A stretch of DNA of 61,346 nucleotides from Ignavibacteria bacterium (GTDB lineage: Bacteria > Bacteroidota > Ignavibacteria > UBA10030 > SZUA-254). Under the pieces are notes generated by a model. The model was not told the DNA's origin. It searched no databases and saw only the letters and a program-made list of their open reading frames with translations. Location: the NCBI GenBank assembly GCA_016178625.1, contig JACOSX010000136.1:1-61346 (forward strand), given 5' to 3'. Positions 50,556-60,611 of the stretch are shown piece after piece (the first letter of the stretch is position 1; every line of letters starts with the position of its first letter). The position numbers and the translations under genes were made by a program.

Positions 50556-51815
50556 ATGAACCGAACATTAGAAACAGCGATCCTCGAGGTGAAGGAGAGC
50601 TTCGTGATGGCTCTCGTCGCGATTCGCACCAATAAGTTGCGATCTGCCCTCACCCTTCTTGGCATTGCGGTTGGTGTTTTCTCTATTATCGGTGTGATGA
50701 CGGCGATGGGTGTCTTGCTGAATAGTATTCAAGGAGAGATGAGTTGGCTGGGAGCAAATACCTTCCAGGTTCAAAAATATCCCATGTTCGAATCCGACGA
50801 TCCAGAAGAGCTTCCCAAATTCCGGAACCGAAGGAATATCACCTATGAGCAAGCAGAGCGAGTCAAAGAACACACGACGTTAGCTTCAGCAGTTGGTGTG
50901 TTCTGCGCTGAATTCGGGAAGGTCATTGTCTCACCACGCGGAATGAAAACGAATCCCGACATCTTTCTCTCCGGAAGAGACATCGAGGGGTTCACTGCAA
51001 ACAGCTGGTCGATCGGAGATGGCAGACTCTTCAGTCCCGGCGAGCTTTCTTCGGCAAGTCACGTCATTATCCTGGGTACGGATGTGGCGAAGAAAGTATT
51101 TCCAAAGATGGATCCGATCGGGCAAACTGTCCGTGTCGATGGACAAGAATATCAGATCATCGGTGTTGTGCAACCGAGAGGCGCGATGCTTGGGGGGAGT
51201 AATGACAATTTTGCGGTCATCCCGATCACGACATTCTTTAACGTGTATGGAAAAGATCGACAAGTATCAATCAAGGTACAGTCAACGACTCCGGCGACGC
51301 TCGATGATTGTATGGAACAAGTACGCGGGGTGTTGCGCGCGGTTCGTCACGTTCCTCCTGGTGAAGAGGATGACTTCTACATCTGGACGAATGACTCACT
51401 CATTCAACAGTTTAATGATTTCACGAAGTATGTCAGGTTGGGGATCATGCTCGTGAGTGCAATTGCCCTCTTAGCTGCCGGCGTTGGGATCATGAACATT
51501 ATGCTTGTGTCTGTCACCGAGAGAACGCGAGAGATCGGGATTCGAAAAGCAATCGGCGCACGGAAAACCAACATTCTCAGCCAGTTCGTTCTCGAAGCAG
51601 TGCTTGTTAGCGAGCTCGGGGGAATCATCGGGATTATTCTTGGTGTTATCTGTGGTAATATCACAGCAATATTCATGGAGATTCCACCCATCATTCCGTA
51701 CGATTGGGTAGCGATAGGATTCATCTCATGCAGCATCATCGGTATTATCTTTGGCGTCTATCCTGCATGGAAAGCTGCTAACCTTGATCCGATAGAGTCC
51801 TTGCGGTATGAGTAG
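50556..51815 (+). CDS. MacB/FtsX-type ABC permease 2
   Basis: Same motif set; ends DPIESLRYE. Confidence 0.93.
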   Translation: MNRTLETAILEVKESFVMALVAIRTNKLRSALTLLGIAVGVFSIIGVMTAMGVLLNSIQGEMSWLGANTFQVQKYPMFESDDPEELPKFRNRRNITYEQAERVKEHTTLASAVGVFCAEFGKVIVSPRGMKTNPDIFLSGRDIEGFTANSWSIGDGRLFSPGELSSASHVIILGTDVAKKVFPKMDPIGQTVRVDGQEYQIIGVVQPRGAMLGGSNDNFAVIPITTFFNVYGKDRQVSIKVQSTTPATLDDCMEQVRGVLRAVRHVPPGEEDDFYIWTNDSLIQQFNDFTKYVRLGIMLVSAIALLAAGVGIMNIMLVSVTERTREIGIRKAIGARKTNILSQFVLEAVLVSELGGIIGIILGVICGNITAIFMEIPPIIPYDWVAIGFISCSIIGIIFGVYPAWKAANLDPIESLRYE

Positions 51816-51830
51816 GAATACCGAGCGAAT

Positions 51831-53090
51831 ATGAGTCAGCCCTTCGAAACCATAATGCACGAAATACGCGAGAGTCTCGTTATGGCACTCGTCGCACTAC
51901 GAACAAACAAACTCCGTTCCGTGCTCACACTGCTCGGTATCGCTGTTGGCGTATTCTCCATCATCGCCGTCATGACGGCGATGGGTGTCTTGGTGAACAG
52001 CATCGAAAATGGATTGAGCCAACTTGGAGCCAACACTTTCCAGATTCAGAAGAACCCGATGTTTAATTCTGGTGATCCACAGGAAAGGGCAAAGGTGCGC
52101 AATCGCAGGTCGCTCCGCTACCCGCAGGGGCTTGTCGTCAAAGAACGCACAACGCTCGCGAAAGCTGTCGGTCTGGAGGCGTGGGACTTCGGAAAGATCG
52201 TTGCAACGCCTCAGGGGCAAAAGACCAATCCAGGGGTCCAAATTGCAGGCGAGGACATCGATGGATTTACGACAAATAACTGGACGATCGGGGATGGTCG
52301 GCTATTCATGCCTGATGAGGTCTCCTCTGCAAGGCGAGTTGCCGTCCTTGGGATGGGTGTCGTAGAAAAAATATTCCCAAAATCAGATCCCATCGGTCAG
52401 ACAATTCGCGTGGATGGACAGGAGTATCAGGTCATCGGCGTGATTGAACGACAAGGAGGAATGCTTGGGGGCAACAACGATAATTTTGTGACTATTCCTC
52501 TGCCGACATTTTTCAATGTCTATGGTAACGAGCGAGAAATCCATATCATGGTCCAATCAACGTCGCGGGACACATACGAAGATTGCATCGAACAGGTACG
52601 AGGCATTCTGCGAGCAGCGCGTCAGGTTCCTCCTGGCTCTGAGGACGATTTCTACATCTTCTCTAACGATTCACTCATACAGCAGTTCAGTGAATTTACC
52701 AAGTACGCCCGGCTGGGAATTATGATCATCAGTGCTATTGCCCTCATTGCCGCAGGAGTCGGCATTATGAACATTATGCTTGTTTCGGTCACGGAGAGGA
52801 CAAGAGAGATTGGAATTCGGAAGGCAATCGGCGCGAGAAAAAATAACATCTTGACCCAATTTATCCTTGAAGCGGTGGTACTCAGTGAGCTTGGGGGAAT
52901 CATCGGCATCATCGCCGGTATTGGTGCGGGTAATCTCATTGCAATTTTCTTCGAGGTTCCTCCCGTTATTCCGTTTGACTGGGCTGCCATTGGTTTTATT
53001 GTTTGCTCTATCATCGGAATCATCTTTGGCGTTTATCCTGCATGGAAAGCGTCCAACCTCGATCCTATCGAATCCCTCAGGTTTGAATAG
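51831..53090 (+). CDS. MacB/FtsX-type ABC permease 3 (close paralog of permease 2)
   Basis: Same motif set; both proteins are 419 aa with long identical stretches. Confidence 0.93.
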   Translation: MSQPFETIMHEIRESLVMALVALRTNKLRSVLTLLGIAVGVFSIIAVMTAMGVLVNSIENGLSQLGANTFQIQKNPMFNSGDPQERAKVRNRRSLRYPQGLVVKERTTLAKAVGLEAWDFGKIVATPQGQKTNPGVQIAGEDIDGFTTNNWTIGDGRLFMPDEVSSARRVAVLGMGVVEKIFPKSDPIGQTIRVDGQEYQVIGVIERQGGMLGGNNDNFVTIPLPTFFNVYGNEREIHIMVQSTSRDTYEDCIEQVRGILRAARQVPPGSEDDFYIFSNDSLIQQFSEFTKYARLGIMIISAIALIAAGVGIMNIMLVSVTERTREIGIRKAIGARKNNILTQFILEAVVLSELGGIIGIIAGIGAGNLIAIFFEVPPVIPFDWAAIGFIVCSIIGIIFGVYPAWKASNLDPIESLRFE

Positions 53091-53156
53091 CATTCTTGCC
53101 AGATCCCCGATCAATTCTGCTGTTTTTCCATTAAAATAGTCTTAAAAAAAATTCAC

Positions 53157-53184
53157 TTGACTTTCCCGTTTGATGGAGTATATT
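53157..53184 (+). promoter_or_regulatory. sigma70-type promoter
   Basis: TTGACT-N16-TATATT preceded by an A-tract (UP element-like). Confidence 0.6.
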
Positions 53185-53190
53185 TCTGAT

Positions 53191-53373
53191 AAGGCTGTTG
53201 CGTTTGAAGATTTCATGACGAAGCTATAGAAGGGTTAATACCGTGAGGAAGCCAGTGATGAAAGATCAGCAAACAAGACAGCGAGGGTCTCTCGACCTCA
53301 CCGTTTGCTGAACGACGGACATCACGACTTCTCTCTCATTCGGGGGATGATTCCTTCAGCCTCAAGCGGTAAC
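53191..53373 (+). ncRNA. Candidate rod-shaped structured RNA (6S-like size and shape, or a structured 5' leader)
   Basis: Nested pairings found by eye: 53197-207/53362-373, 53229-33/53353-57, 53243-47/53335-39, 53248-51/53328-31, 53255-60/53320-25, 53266-74/53303-11, and an apical hairpin at 53283-53299. Confidence 0.5.
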
Positions 53374-53407
53374 CCCGGATTACTCATAACATCAGAGGAG
53401 AAGAACA

Positions 53408-53905
53408 ATGAAACGATCAATGCTCTATCCAATACTCGTCCTTTGTGCGTTATCACTGGGACTTCACGATGCGACATATTCACAAGGTAAATTTGGTGCA
53501 GGATTTGTTTTCGGTGAGCCGACTGGTTTTGCTTGGAAGTATCGCCTCAGCCAGAATAATGCTCTTGACGGGGCGCTCGGATTCTCACCATTTGATCGAT
53601 ACCGGTTGCATGTCGATTACTTGTGGCAAGCTTATCCATTCCACGAGCAGCGGCTATCACTTCATTACGGTGTCGGTGCAGTGATCGGGTTTGGAAGAAC
53701 GCAATACGTTGTTGTGAACGGACGTTACAGCTACTTCCTTCGCGATCAGGAGATGGGTTTTGCCGCTCGCGTGCCTGTGGGTCTCTCATACGAAATCCCG
53801 CGGTCGCCAATCGACTTGTTCGTTGAAGTCGCACCCTTGATGATTTTCGCTCCTGGCACGGGCGTGGGGATCGATGCAGGACTTGGCGTGCGATTTTATC
53901 CGTGA
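53408..53905 (+). CDS. Small outer-membrane beta-barrel protein (DUF3996-like)
   Basis: GAGGAG SD; signal peptide; FGAG..FGEPTG, LHVDYL, RVPVG, FVEVAP and C-terminal GVRFYP. Confidence 0.75.
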   Translation: MKRSMLYPILVLCALSLGLHDATYSQGKFGAGFVFGEPTGFAWKYRLSQNNALDGALGFSPFDRYRLHVDYLWQAYPFHEQRLSLHYGVGAVIGFGRTQYVVVNGRYSYFLRDQEMGFAARVPVGLSYEIPRSPIDLFVEVAPLMIFAPGTGVGIDAGLGVRFYP

Positions 53906-53964
53906 GTCAATGTCTCTGGAACATTTAGCAACTTCACACCACATATCCTGAAAGGAGAAACGTT

Positions 53965-55344
53965 ATGAATCTTTCTGCGACATCTTATCATCGAATGCTG
54001 GTTGTGTCGGTTCTGGTAGTATTAGTGGGCGCCCTCGCTATTGCTCAACCAAAATATCGCACGTTCAATCAGGTTGATCTTGCCGAGAAGAAACAGAAGA
54101 AAGCGGGCAAGCAAGTTTCCAGTGATGCCTGCTTTCACTTCGTGAACACCACCGGCATTACCGTCAACAGCTTACATGCGAGGTTCAACGGACGCGTGCT
54201 TTCGATCCAAGATTCCGGCGGCTTCACGTCAATCGATTTCGATCACAAGCATAAAGCTATCGATGCGACAGGTCGCACGGTTGCGCCGGGTGATTCCGTT
54301 GTTTTCTGTGGAACCTTCGATAAGAAAGACTCAGCGATTCACGTTAACTTCTGGCGCTGGGATACGAACGGAGTTCCTGCTTCTCCCAAGTATGAGGACT
54401 TAGAACCTTGGAGTGTTCAAGGGAATCGAATTCAACCGAATGGCGGTACAGTACGCGAATATCTTTATAAGAAAGTCATTACTCGTCCTGCGGGACTTGT
54501 CATTGGGTTGCCAAATCCGACAACCGGTGGGTGGATTCGCTATAAGACTGCCGATCGGAAATACTTCCCACACACCGATAGCTCGCGCTGCTTCGACTTC
54601 ATTAAATCTGGCGAGGGTAATCAGCACCCGTTCATCGGAGAGCTCAAAAATCCGCATGTAAAGAAACACAACAATCATCTCTTGGGCGAGGTGCATGCAC
54701 TCAGGCTTGCCATTGTCGCGAATGATTCCGGTGTTACTTCTCCATTCGATGCGTCCACACGATTGGGCGATCTCCATTACAGCGGCGCCGGTGATGATCC
54801 GTGCAACGGGTTAACCGTTCGACAGATCACGCGCCTCGCGGATTCGGCATTGACCTATTGCAATTTCGACTCGGCATTCTACTTTAAGTTGGATTCCTGT
54901 GTCAGCAAGATCAACCACGCATTTGACGGTCCGTATATAGCCATCACATTCCATCCATTGACAATTGCAGGAACGAATGAGCTTCCGCCGTGGCTGACCC
55001 CAAGCAACGAGCCGGTCATCCCTCACTTCCAACGGTATTCTGCGATTGATGATCTGCCCATACAGTATGCCTTGCAGCAGAACTATCCCAATCCCTTCAA
55101 CCCGACGACGACAATCGAGTTCAACCTTGCAGAGCCGAGCATCGTTACATTGACGGTGTATAATCTCCTCGGTCAGGAGGTGGCGACGGTACTCGATCGA
55201 GAGGAGATGGAAGACGGTGAGCAATCGGTTGAGCTGGATGCAAGCAATCTCACATCGGGTGTCTACTTCTACAGGATTGTTGCTCAAGGAACCGAAGGAG
55301 GTGGACAGTTCCAAGCGGTGAAGCGGATGGTGCTGTTGAAGTAG
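53965..55344 (+). CDS. Secreted protein with T9SS type-A C-terminal sorting domain
   Basis: Signal peptide; LQQNYPNPFNPTTTIEF...VYNLLGQEVATV...LTSGVYFYRI...KRMVLLK. Confidence 0.88.
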   Translation: MNLSATSYHRMLVVSVLVVLVGALAIAQPKYRTFNQVDLAEKKQKKAGKQVSSDACFHFVNTTGITVNSLHARFNGRVLSIQDSGGFTSIDFDHKHKAIDATGRTVAPGDSVVFCGTFDKKDSAIHVNFWRWDTNGVPASPKYEDLEPWSVQGNRIQPNGGTVREYLYKKVITRPAGLVIGLPNPTTGGWIRYKTADRKYFPHTDSSRCFDFIKSGEGNQHPFIGELKNPHVKKHNNHLLGEVHALRLAIVANDSGVTSPFDASTRLGDLHYSGAGDDPCNGLTVRQITRLADSALTYCNFDSAFYFKLDSCVSKINHAFDGPYIAITFHPLTIAGTNELPPWLTPSNEPVIPHFQRYSAIDDLPIQYALQQNYPNPFNPTTTIEFNLAEPSIVTLTVYNLLGQEVATVLDREEMEDGEQSVELDASNLTSGVYFYRIVAQGTEGGGQFQAVKRMVLLK

Positions 55345-55374
55345 AAGTGAACTACGAACATACAGTGTAAAGAC

Positions 55375-55412
55375 AAAGCCCCGGGCTAATCGCTTGGGGC
55401 TTTCAGTTTTTT
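55375..55412 (+). terminator. Intrinsic terminator
   Basis: AAAGCCCCGGGC/GCTTGGGGCTTT stem followed by CAGTTTTTT. Confidence 0.8.
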
Positions 55413-55511
55413 GGGATTCATCGGTGCTTTAACAGTTGTCGTTCATACTCCGTCGAAAAAAATCCTTCTAAAAGCGCTGAGCGTGTTAAAGGGATTTGAT
55501 GTCCGGAGTGA

Positions 55512-57221
55512 TCATGCTTTCATTCGCATGCCTTCTTCTTCATAGCTGAAGATCCATCCCGCGAGTTTTCCGGGGTCGATCTTCTTAAAATCGTCCCAGT
55601 ATTTGCTGTTGTTCATGTAGCGTGAGCTTGTGTCCATCACAGGAATTTCCCGTGCCATCCGAACGATCTTCTGGAATCGGGATTTCCATCGAGTCATGTT
55701 GGCAATGCGCAGGTCTACCCAGCCATCGTGTGCCCAAAGATCAATGTTTTTCTTCGAGATGGGAAGCTCGTTCTCGCCGAGGTTCGGTGGAATCTTGATT
55801 TCGTCTGCGCGCAGGAGAGTTATTCCGTCGGGCATGAGGATCGGGATACCGATGGAAATGATCGAGGAACGTAAGTTGCTATCCGACTCTATTCTTTTTC
55901 GGAGCTTCAGCGAGAGAACTGAAGGACGTGTCTTCATCACGCTGACCATATCGCCGAAGCATACTTTGAGAAGGTGCGCCTCATAAAGGAGTTTGGAGAG
56001 CCGCGGCGGACCGAGGATTTCGAACGCAACACTGCTGACCCTGTGTTCTTTCTCCAACGCCTCAATGTGTTTTTTCGCACTCTCGAACAAGAAGCCTGCA
56101 CGATACGTCGGCGAGAGTGTCGCATTATCCAACGCGTTGATGATGTCGTGTCCGGTGTTTCCCCCCTTGATTTCATAGATGACGGCTTCGGCGATCTCTT
56201 CCGGCGTGACGAACTCCATTTGCCCGGGCGTTGCGATCGCCTCGAACTCACCGCGCGAGAATAATCCGTTCTCGCCCGTATCGATGAAGACCGATTTCAA
56301 TGTCTTGCGCATCGGCTTTGCGACATTCTTCATCGAGAGGCGAAGGACAGAGTTCAAGCGCACGCCGCGCGATGGGGGACAATCGAACAATTCAATCGGC
56401 TTACCGCGTTTCTTGATTTCTCCATAGCCGATTCTTTTCCATGCGATCGCGGCGGTGGGTTTAATCTCTTTCGTGATCGGTGCATCCGGCGTACGACCCA
56501 TGAGGAACAGCAGCAATGTATGCGCTCCCGCAACTGACGATTTGCTCAGGAGAACGCTCGACGGTCGCTCTTCGCTGTGCGTGTACGGGATATTCAGTCC
56601 CATCCCCCCGGTGCCGCTTGTCCCAATCTTCACGTAAATTGTGGTCCCGGATGTGTGCATCGACCTATAGAGAAGTTGCACGTGGCGGATGAGTTGTGGC
56701 GTGTAGAGGGTGCACAAGAGTCGTTCAGCGGTATCAAAGAGGGAGACGCTCTTCCTTCCCGCCTTCGTCCGTTTGATGTCCTGCAGTAGTGCACGCGCGC
56801 TCTGGAAAATGTCTTGATAGGCGATCGCTGTCGCGGAATTGATGCAATCGATAATGACGTCCGGTTTGAATTTGTTGACAAGGTGAAAGATCGAGGAACG
56901 GTGCAACACGTCTTCCGTCAGTTCATCGAGAATATCCTCGATGAGCATGGCGCGGGTTTTCGGATTGTCAATGATCTCCTCACGGTTCAGGTCTTTCGAC
57001 GTGTAGCGGACAAAAATGTTTCCCCACCAGGGAACAAAAAAGGTCTTGCCGGCTCGAGGGAATTCTTTCCGTAGACTATGTACCGCCTCTTCCGCTTCAT
57101 GACGAAGGAGGGACGTCACGATGATTCTCTTCGGTCGTTCGACCATGAGTTTCCGGCAAATGGCAGTGCCGACCAATCCGCCGCCGCCGAGGACTAATAC
57201 CGCTCTATCTTTAATATCCAT
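55512..57221 (-). CDS. Large NAD(P)-binding Rossmann (SDR-like) protein of unknown function
   Basis: N-terminal VLVLGGGGLVG dinucleotide-binding motif; GTSGTGGMG block. Confidence 0.7.
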   Translation of the reverse strand: MDIKDRAVLVLGGGGLVGTAICRKLMVERPKRIIVTSLLRHEAEEAVHSLRKEFPRAGKTFFVPWWGNIFVRYTSKDLNREEIIDNPKTRAMLIEDILDELTEDVLHRSSIFHLVNKFKPDVIIDCINSATAIAYQDIFQSARALLQDIKRTKAGRKSVSLFDTAERLLCTLYTPQLIRHVQLLYRSMHTSGTTIYVKIGTSGTGGMGLNIPYTHSEERPSSVLLSKSSVAGAHTLLLFLMGRTPDAPITKEIKPTAAIAWKRIGYGEIKKRGKPIELFDCPPSRGVRLNSVLRLSMKNVAKPMRKTLKSVFIDTGENGLFSRGEFEAIATPGQMEFVTPEEIAEAVIYEIKGGNTGHDIINALDNATLSPTYRAGFLFESAKKHIEALEKEHRVSSVAFEILGPPRLSKLLYEAHLLKVCFGDMVSVMKTRPSVLSLKLRKRIESDSNLRSSIISIGIPILMPDGITLLRADEIKIPPNLGENELPISKKNIDLWAHDGWVDLRIANMTRWKSRFQKIVRMAREIPVMDTSSRYMNNSKYWDDFKKIDPGKLAGWIFSYEEEGMRMKA

Positions 57222-57250
57222 AAGAGACTTTTAAAAAAATAAATTCTTCA

Positions 57251-57415
57251 GTGGGACAGACATTTGCCGAAGGCATCCCTTTGGAACCTGTCTGTTATTT
57301 TTAATCTGAATTGAATATTATTGACAGGCAAGTCTACGACTCTATCGAGTCGAAGACTCGTAGAGAATGCCTGTCCTACCTGATAGATTGGTAGGACGGG
57401 ATTCCTATCCCATCC
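57251..57415. repeat. Nested REP-like palindrome cluster, copy B (inverted relative to copy A), plus a GTAGGACGGGA unit
   Basis: 57251-57292 and 57322-57379 are near reverse complements of the two arms of 14385-14517. Confidence 0.8.
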
Positions 57416-57591
57416 ACTGAGGTGGGACTCTTTCAATGATTGTTTGGATTCGTTTGGCAACATGTTCATAGTTAGTTCAAAAAGGGGAATGAGGGCGGAA
57501 GTTCACGATCAGTGAAGCCAATGAGACTTTCGTGTCTGTGGGTCAACATCAAACAGGAATTCAATTTCACAAGTCGAGAATCCCCCTTAGA

Positions 57592-57921
57592 TCATACTTT
57601 CTCGACGACAACGGCCGTTCCGTACGCGAGCACTTCGGTGACACCGGAGGCGACTTCATTGGCGTCGTACCTCATCCCGATGATGGCGTTCGCGCCCATG
57701 TACTGTGCGTGCTGGATCATGATCTCGTACGCTTCCTGGCGGGCGCGTTCGCACAGTTCCTGATAGAGCGTAATGTTCCCACCAAAGAGCGTCTGGATCC
57801 CCGCGCCGATGTTGCCGATGATCGAGCGCGAGCGCACGGTTATGCCGCGGACAAGTCCCAGTTGTTTCACTACCTTATACCCGTCCAGCGCGAATGCGGT
57901 TGTTACCAATGAATGGTCCAT
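57592..57921 (-). CDS. YbjQ/UPF0145 family protein
   Basis: GLVRGITVRS, GANAIIGMRYD and EVLAYGTAV motifs. Confidence 0.93.
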   Translation of the reverse strand: MDHSLVTTAFALDGYKVVKQLGLVRGITVRSRSIIGNIGAGIQTLFGGNITLYQELCERARQEAYEIMIQHAQYMGANAIIGMRYDANEVASGVTEVLAYGTAVVVEKV

Positions 57922-57941
57922 GGTTGTTCCTTATTTAAGCC

Positions 57942-58943
57942 CTATTTAAGTTTGAGAGACTTCACAATATATTCAAATACCGGGAAGTAAATGTCTTTCT
58001 GAGGGGCGAACCAGTTGATGGTTGTGCGGATCACCTTGTCGTTCTTCACGACGAAGTATGCGCGGCTATTGATGTCCTTGATCGGAGAATAGTCGACCCA
58101 GTACACAGTGTTGCCGTCAATTGTTGTCGTGCCGGTGTTTTTTGCCTTGTATCGTCCCTTGTTCTGATTCCACACCTTTTCCACCGTTAACCCCTTCGCG
58201 CCAAAGACATCAATGTGGATGCTGCAGTCGCGGCGATCGGCTCGCATTTCCATTGCGAAGTCGTTATTGCCTTTATTGACCGGAACGGATTCGAGATTAT
58301 CAGGGACCTGCATGGTGAAGAACGGCGACTTGAACGGCTCGATGTTTGTAGAAGGCGCCCACACATCCGATTTCTTTGCGACCACGACAGGCATCTCGAA
58401 CGATGCGATCATTTTATCGTAGATGTTTGCATTGACAATGACCTGATCTTCGCCAAAGCTGATCGTGGTCAGTTTGTACATTGCTGTGTCACCCGGGACA
58501 TAGAGATCGCTACCGACAATTTTTTTCTTCGAGGAGACCGGGATGGTATATCGAACGCCTGTCGCCTGCTTGCCCGCGACGGTAACAGGTATATCGGGCT
58601 GGAGTTCAACGTTCTGCCACGTCTGTTTGAGATTATCTTTGCCAGCCTGGACGATAGCGTCTGCAGTTTTGCCTTCGTACTTCAGTACTTCCGCGGTCAC
58701 CATGCCGCCTTCGATACCGGTCGTGGGATTCTGAAATTTATCGACGACATCCTGAGACGGTGCGAAAACCGCGTTGCCTGTTGTACCCATTTGCTTCCAG
58801 TCTTTCGGATATTTGACTTTGAAGCCATAGCCCGGGTCGCGGTACTCGTTCATCACGCCGACGGGGAGGGGTTCGACTTTTTTCTCTGCGCAGCCAACAA
58901 ATAAGATCGCCAGCAAGATGGTAAACATAACAAAGGATTTCAT
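57942..58943 (-). CDS. Lipoprotein with two PsbP/Mog1-like domains
   Basis: Lipobox FVGC; YRDPGYGFKVKYPKDW...MIASFE and FTMQVPDN...IVKSLK repeats; TVAGK / TIDGN turns. Confidence 0.65.
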   Translation of the reverse strand: MKSFVMFTILLAILFVGCAEKKVEPLPVGVMNEYRDPGYGFKVKYPKDWKQMGTTGNAVFAPSQDVVDKFQNPTTGIEGGMVTAEVLKYEGKTADAIVQAGKDNLKQTWQNVELQPDIPVTVAGKQATGVRYTIPVSSKKKIVGSDLYVPGDTAMYKLTTISFGEDQVIVNANIYDKMIASFEMPVVVAKKSDVWAPSTNIEPFKSPFFTMQVPDNLESVPVNKGNNDFAMEMRADRRDCSIHIDVFGAKGLTVEKVWNQNKGRYKAKNTGTTTIDGNTVYWVDYSPIKDINSRAYFVVKNDKVIRTTINWFAPQKDIYFPVFEYIVKSLKLK

Positions 58944-59105
58944 GGTGGTTCTACTCCGTATTAATGATGGCTAAATTATGATGACAATTTCTTTTGCTCG
59001 GCGAATAACTCTGTTCAATTGACCTCTCCTGTGATTGTTCGACTGAACTCACGATGTAGAGAGGAGGATGTTAAAACACTCGCAGTACCCGACGGGTGAG
59101 GTCCG

Positions 59106-60608
59106 TTACTCCTTTGGAATAACCGTATCGTACCAGAATTTTTTCTCGCGTGTGCCTACTTCATCGATGTGCAGATGTTTTGTCTCTGTATACTCTCGCA
59201 ATCCTTCGATGCCGAACTCCCGCCCGATGCCGCTCTGTTTGTACCCGCCAAACGGCGCTTTCTCCGAGATCAGGTGCCACTCGTTGATCCAGACCGTTCC
59301 CGCGCGGAGTTGTCGGGCAACTGCCATGGCTTTCTCGTTGTCTTTCGACCACACGCCGCCGCCGAGACCGTACACGGTATCGTTCGCTTTCTGAATTGCT
59401 TCCTCAACTGTCTTGTACTTGATGACAGAGAGCACCGGACCAAAAATCTCTTCCTGAGCGATCTTCATGGTGTTCTCGACATTGGTGAAGATCGTCGGCT
59501 CGATAAAGAATCCATTCTTGAGATCAGGGGTCCGAGGCGCCGATCCTCCGACGACAAGCTTTGCACCTTGTTCGATTCCACTCTTGATATAACCCACGAC
59601 ACGATCTCGTTGTTTCGCGGAAATGACGGGACCCAGATCGGTTGTAACCGCTTTCGGGTCGCCGAGCCTCATCTTCTTTGTCTTCTCTACTATGCGGCTC
59701 AGAAAGTCATCGTGCAATTTCTCTGGCAGGAACAGCCTGGTGCCCGCTTCACAACATTGTCCCTGATGATAGAAGATCGCGTAGAGCGCACCATCAACGG
59801 CGATATCGAGATCAGCATCGTCAAGGACGATGTTTGCGGATTTCCCGCCGCACTCCAGCGTACATTTCTTGAGTGATTCGCTCGCGAGACTCATCACGCG
59901 TTTCCCGACGGCTGTTGATCCGGTGAACGAAACTTTGTCGACCATCGGATTCTTGGCAAGCTCTTCGCCGACGTCGTCGCCGAACCCGGGAATGATGTTC
60001 ACGACGCCGGGTGGAAATCCGACCGCATGAACAATCTTTGCAAGCTCCATTGCAGTCATGGGCGTCAATTCCGACGGCTTGAGAACCACCGTATTGCCCG
60101 CGGCAAGCGCCGGCCCGAGTTTCCAGATCGCCATCTTCAAGGGAAAATTCCACGGGATGATTGCGGCAACGACACCCACCGGCTCGCGTACGAGGAAGTT
60201 CTGACTGAAACCGGGCTTGGATAAGCCGTCGATAGGCTCCTTGAGCTCCATTACGGCGAGCTTCGAGAAATAACTCATTGCCCGAGCGCTCAAATAGAGA
60301 TCCTCTTTTACTTTGCGAATCGTTCCGCCGGAGTCTTCCACCTCGAGCTGCTCGAGATCAGCCTTCTGATCATTGATCTTATCGGAAACGCTTTTGAGAA
60401 GTGCGCTCCGTTCCTCGCGCGACATGCTTGGCCAGAGACCCTTGTCAAACGCTATCCGCGCAGCACCGATAGCGCGCTGCGCGTCTTCAATGCCGGCTCG
60501 CGCCACTCGCGCAACGACTTCCTGATTGAATGGATTGATCGACTCGAACGTCCTTTTCGATGCCGACTCTGTAAACTCTCCGTTACTATAGAGGAGGTAC
60601 TCGCGCAT
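59106..60608 (-). CDS. Aldehyde dehydrogenase
   Basis: IIPWNFP, KPSE, FTGST, LECGGKS, GQCCEAG, EEIFGPV and PFGGYKQSG motifs. Confidence 0.96.
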   Translation of the reverse strand: MREYLLYSNGEFTESASKRTFESINPFNQEVVARVARAGIEDAQRAIGAARIAFDKGLWPSMSREERSALLKSVSDKINDQKADLEQLEVEDSGGTIRKVKEDLYLSARAMSYFSKLAVMELKEPIDGLSKPGFSQNFLVREPVGVVAAIIPWNFPLKMAIWKLGPALAAGNTVVLKPSELTPMTAMELAKIVHAVGFPPGVVNIIPGFGDDVGEELAKNPMVDKVSFTGSTAVGKRVMSLASESLKKCTLECGGKSANIVLDDADLDIAVDGALYAIFYHQGQCCEAGTRLFLPEKLHDDFLSRIVEKTKKMRLGDPKAVTTDLGPVISAKQRDRVVGYIKSGIEQGAKLVVGGSAPRTPDLKNGFFIEPTIFTNVENTMKIAQEEIFGPVLSVIKYKTVEEAIQKANDTVYGLGGGVWSKDNEKAMAVARQLRAGTVWINEWHLISEKAPFGGYKQSGIGREFGIEGLREYTETKHLHIDEVGTREKKFWYDTVIPKE

Positions 60609-60611
60609 TGC

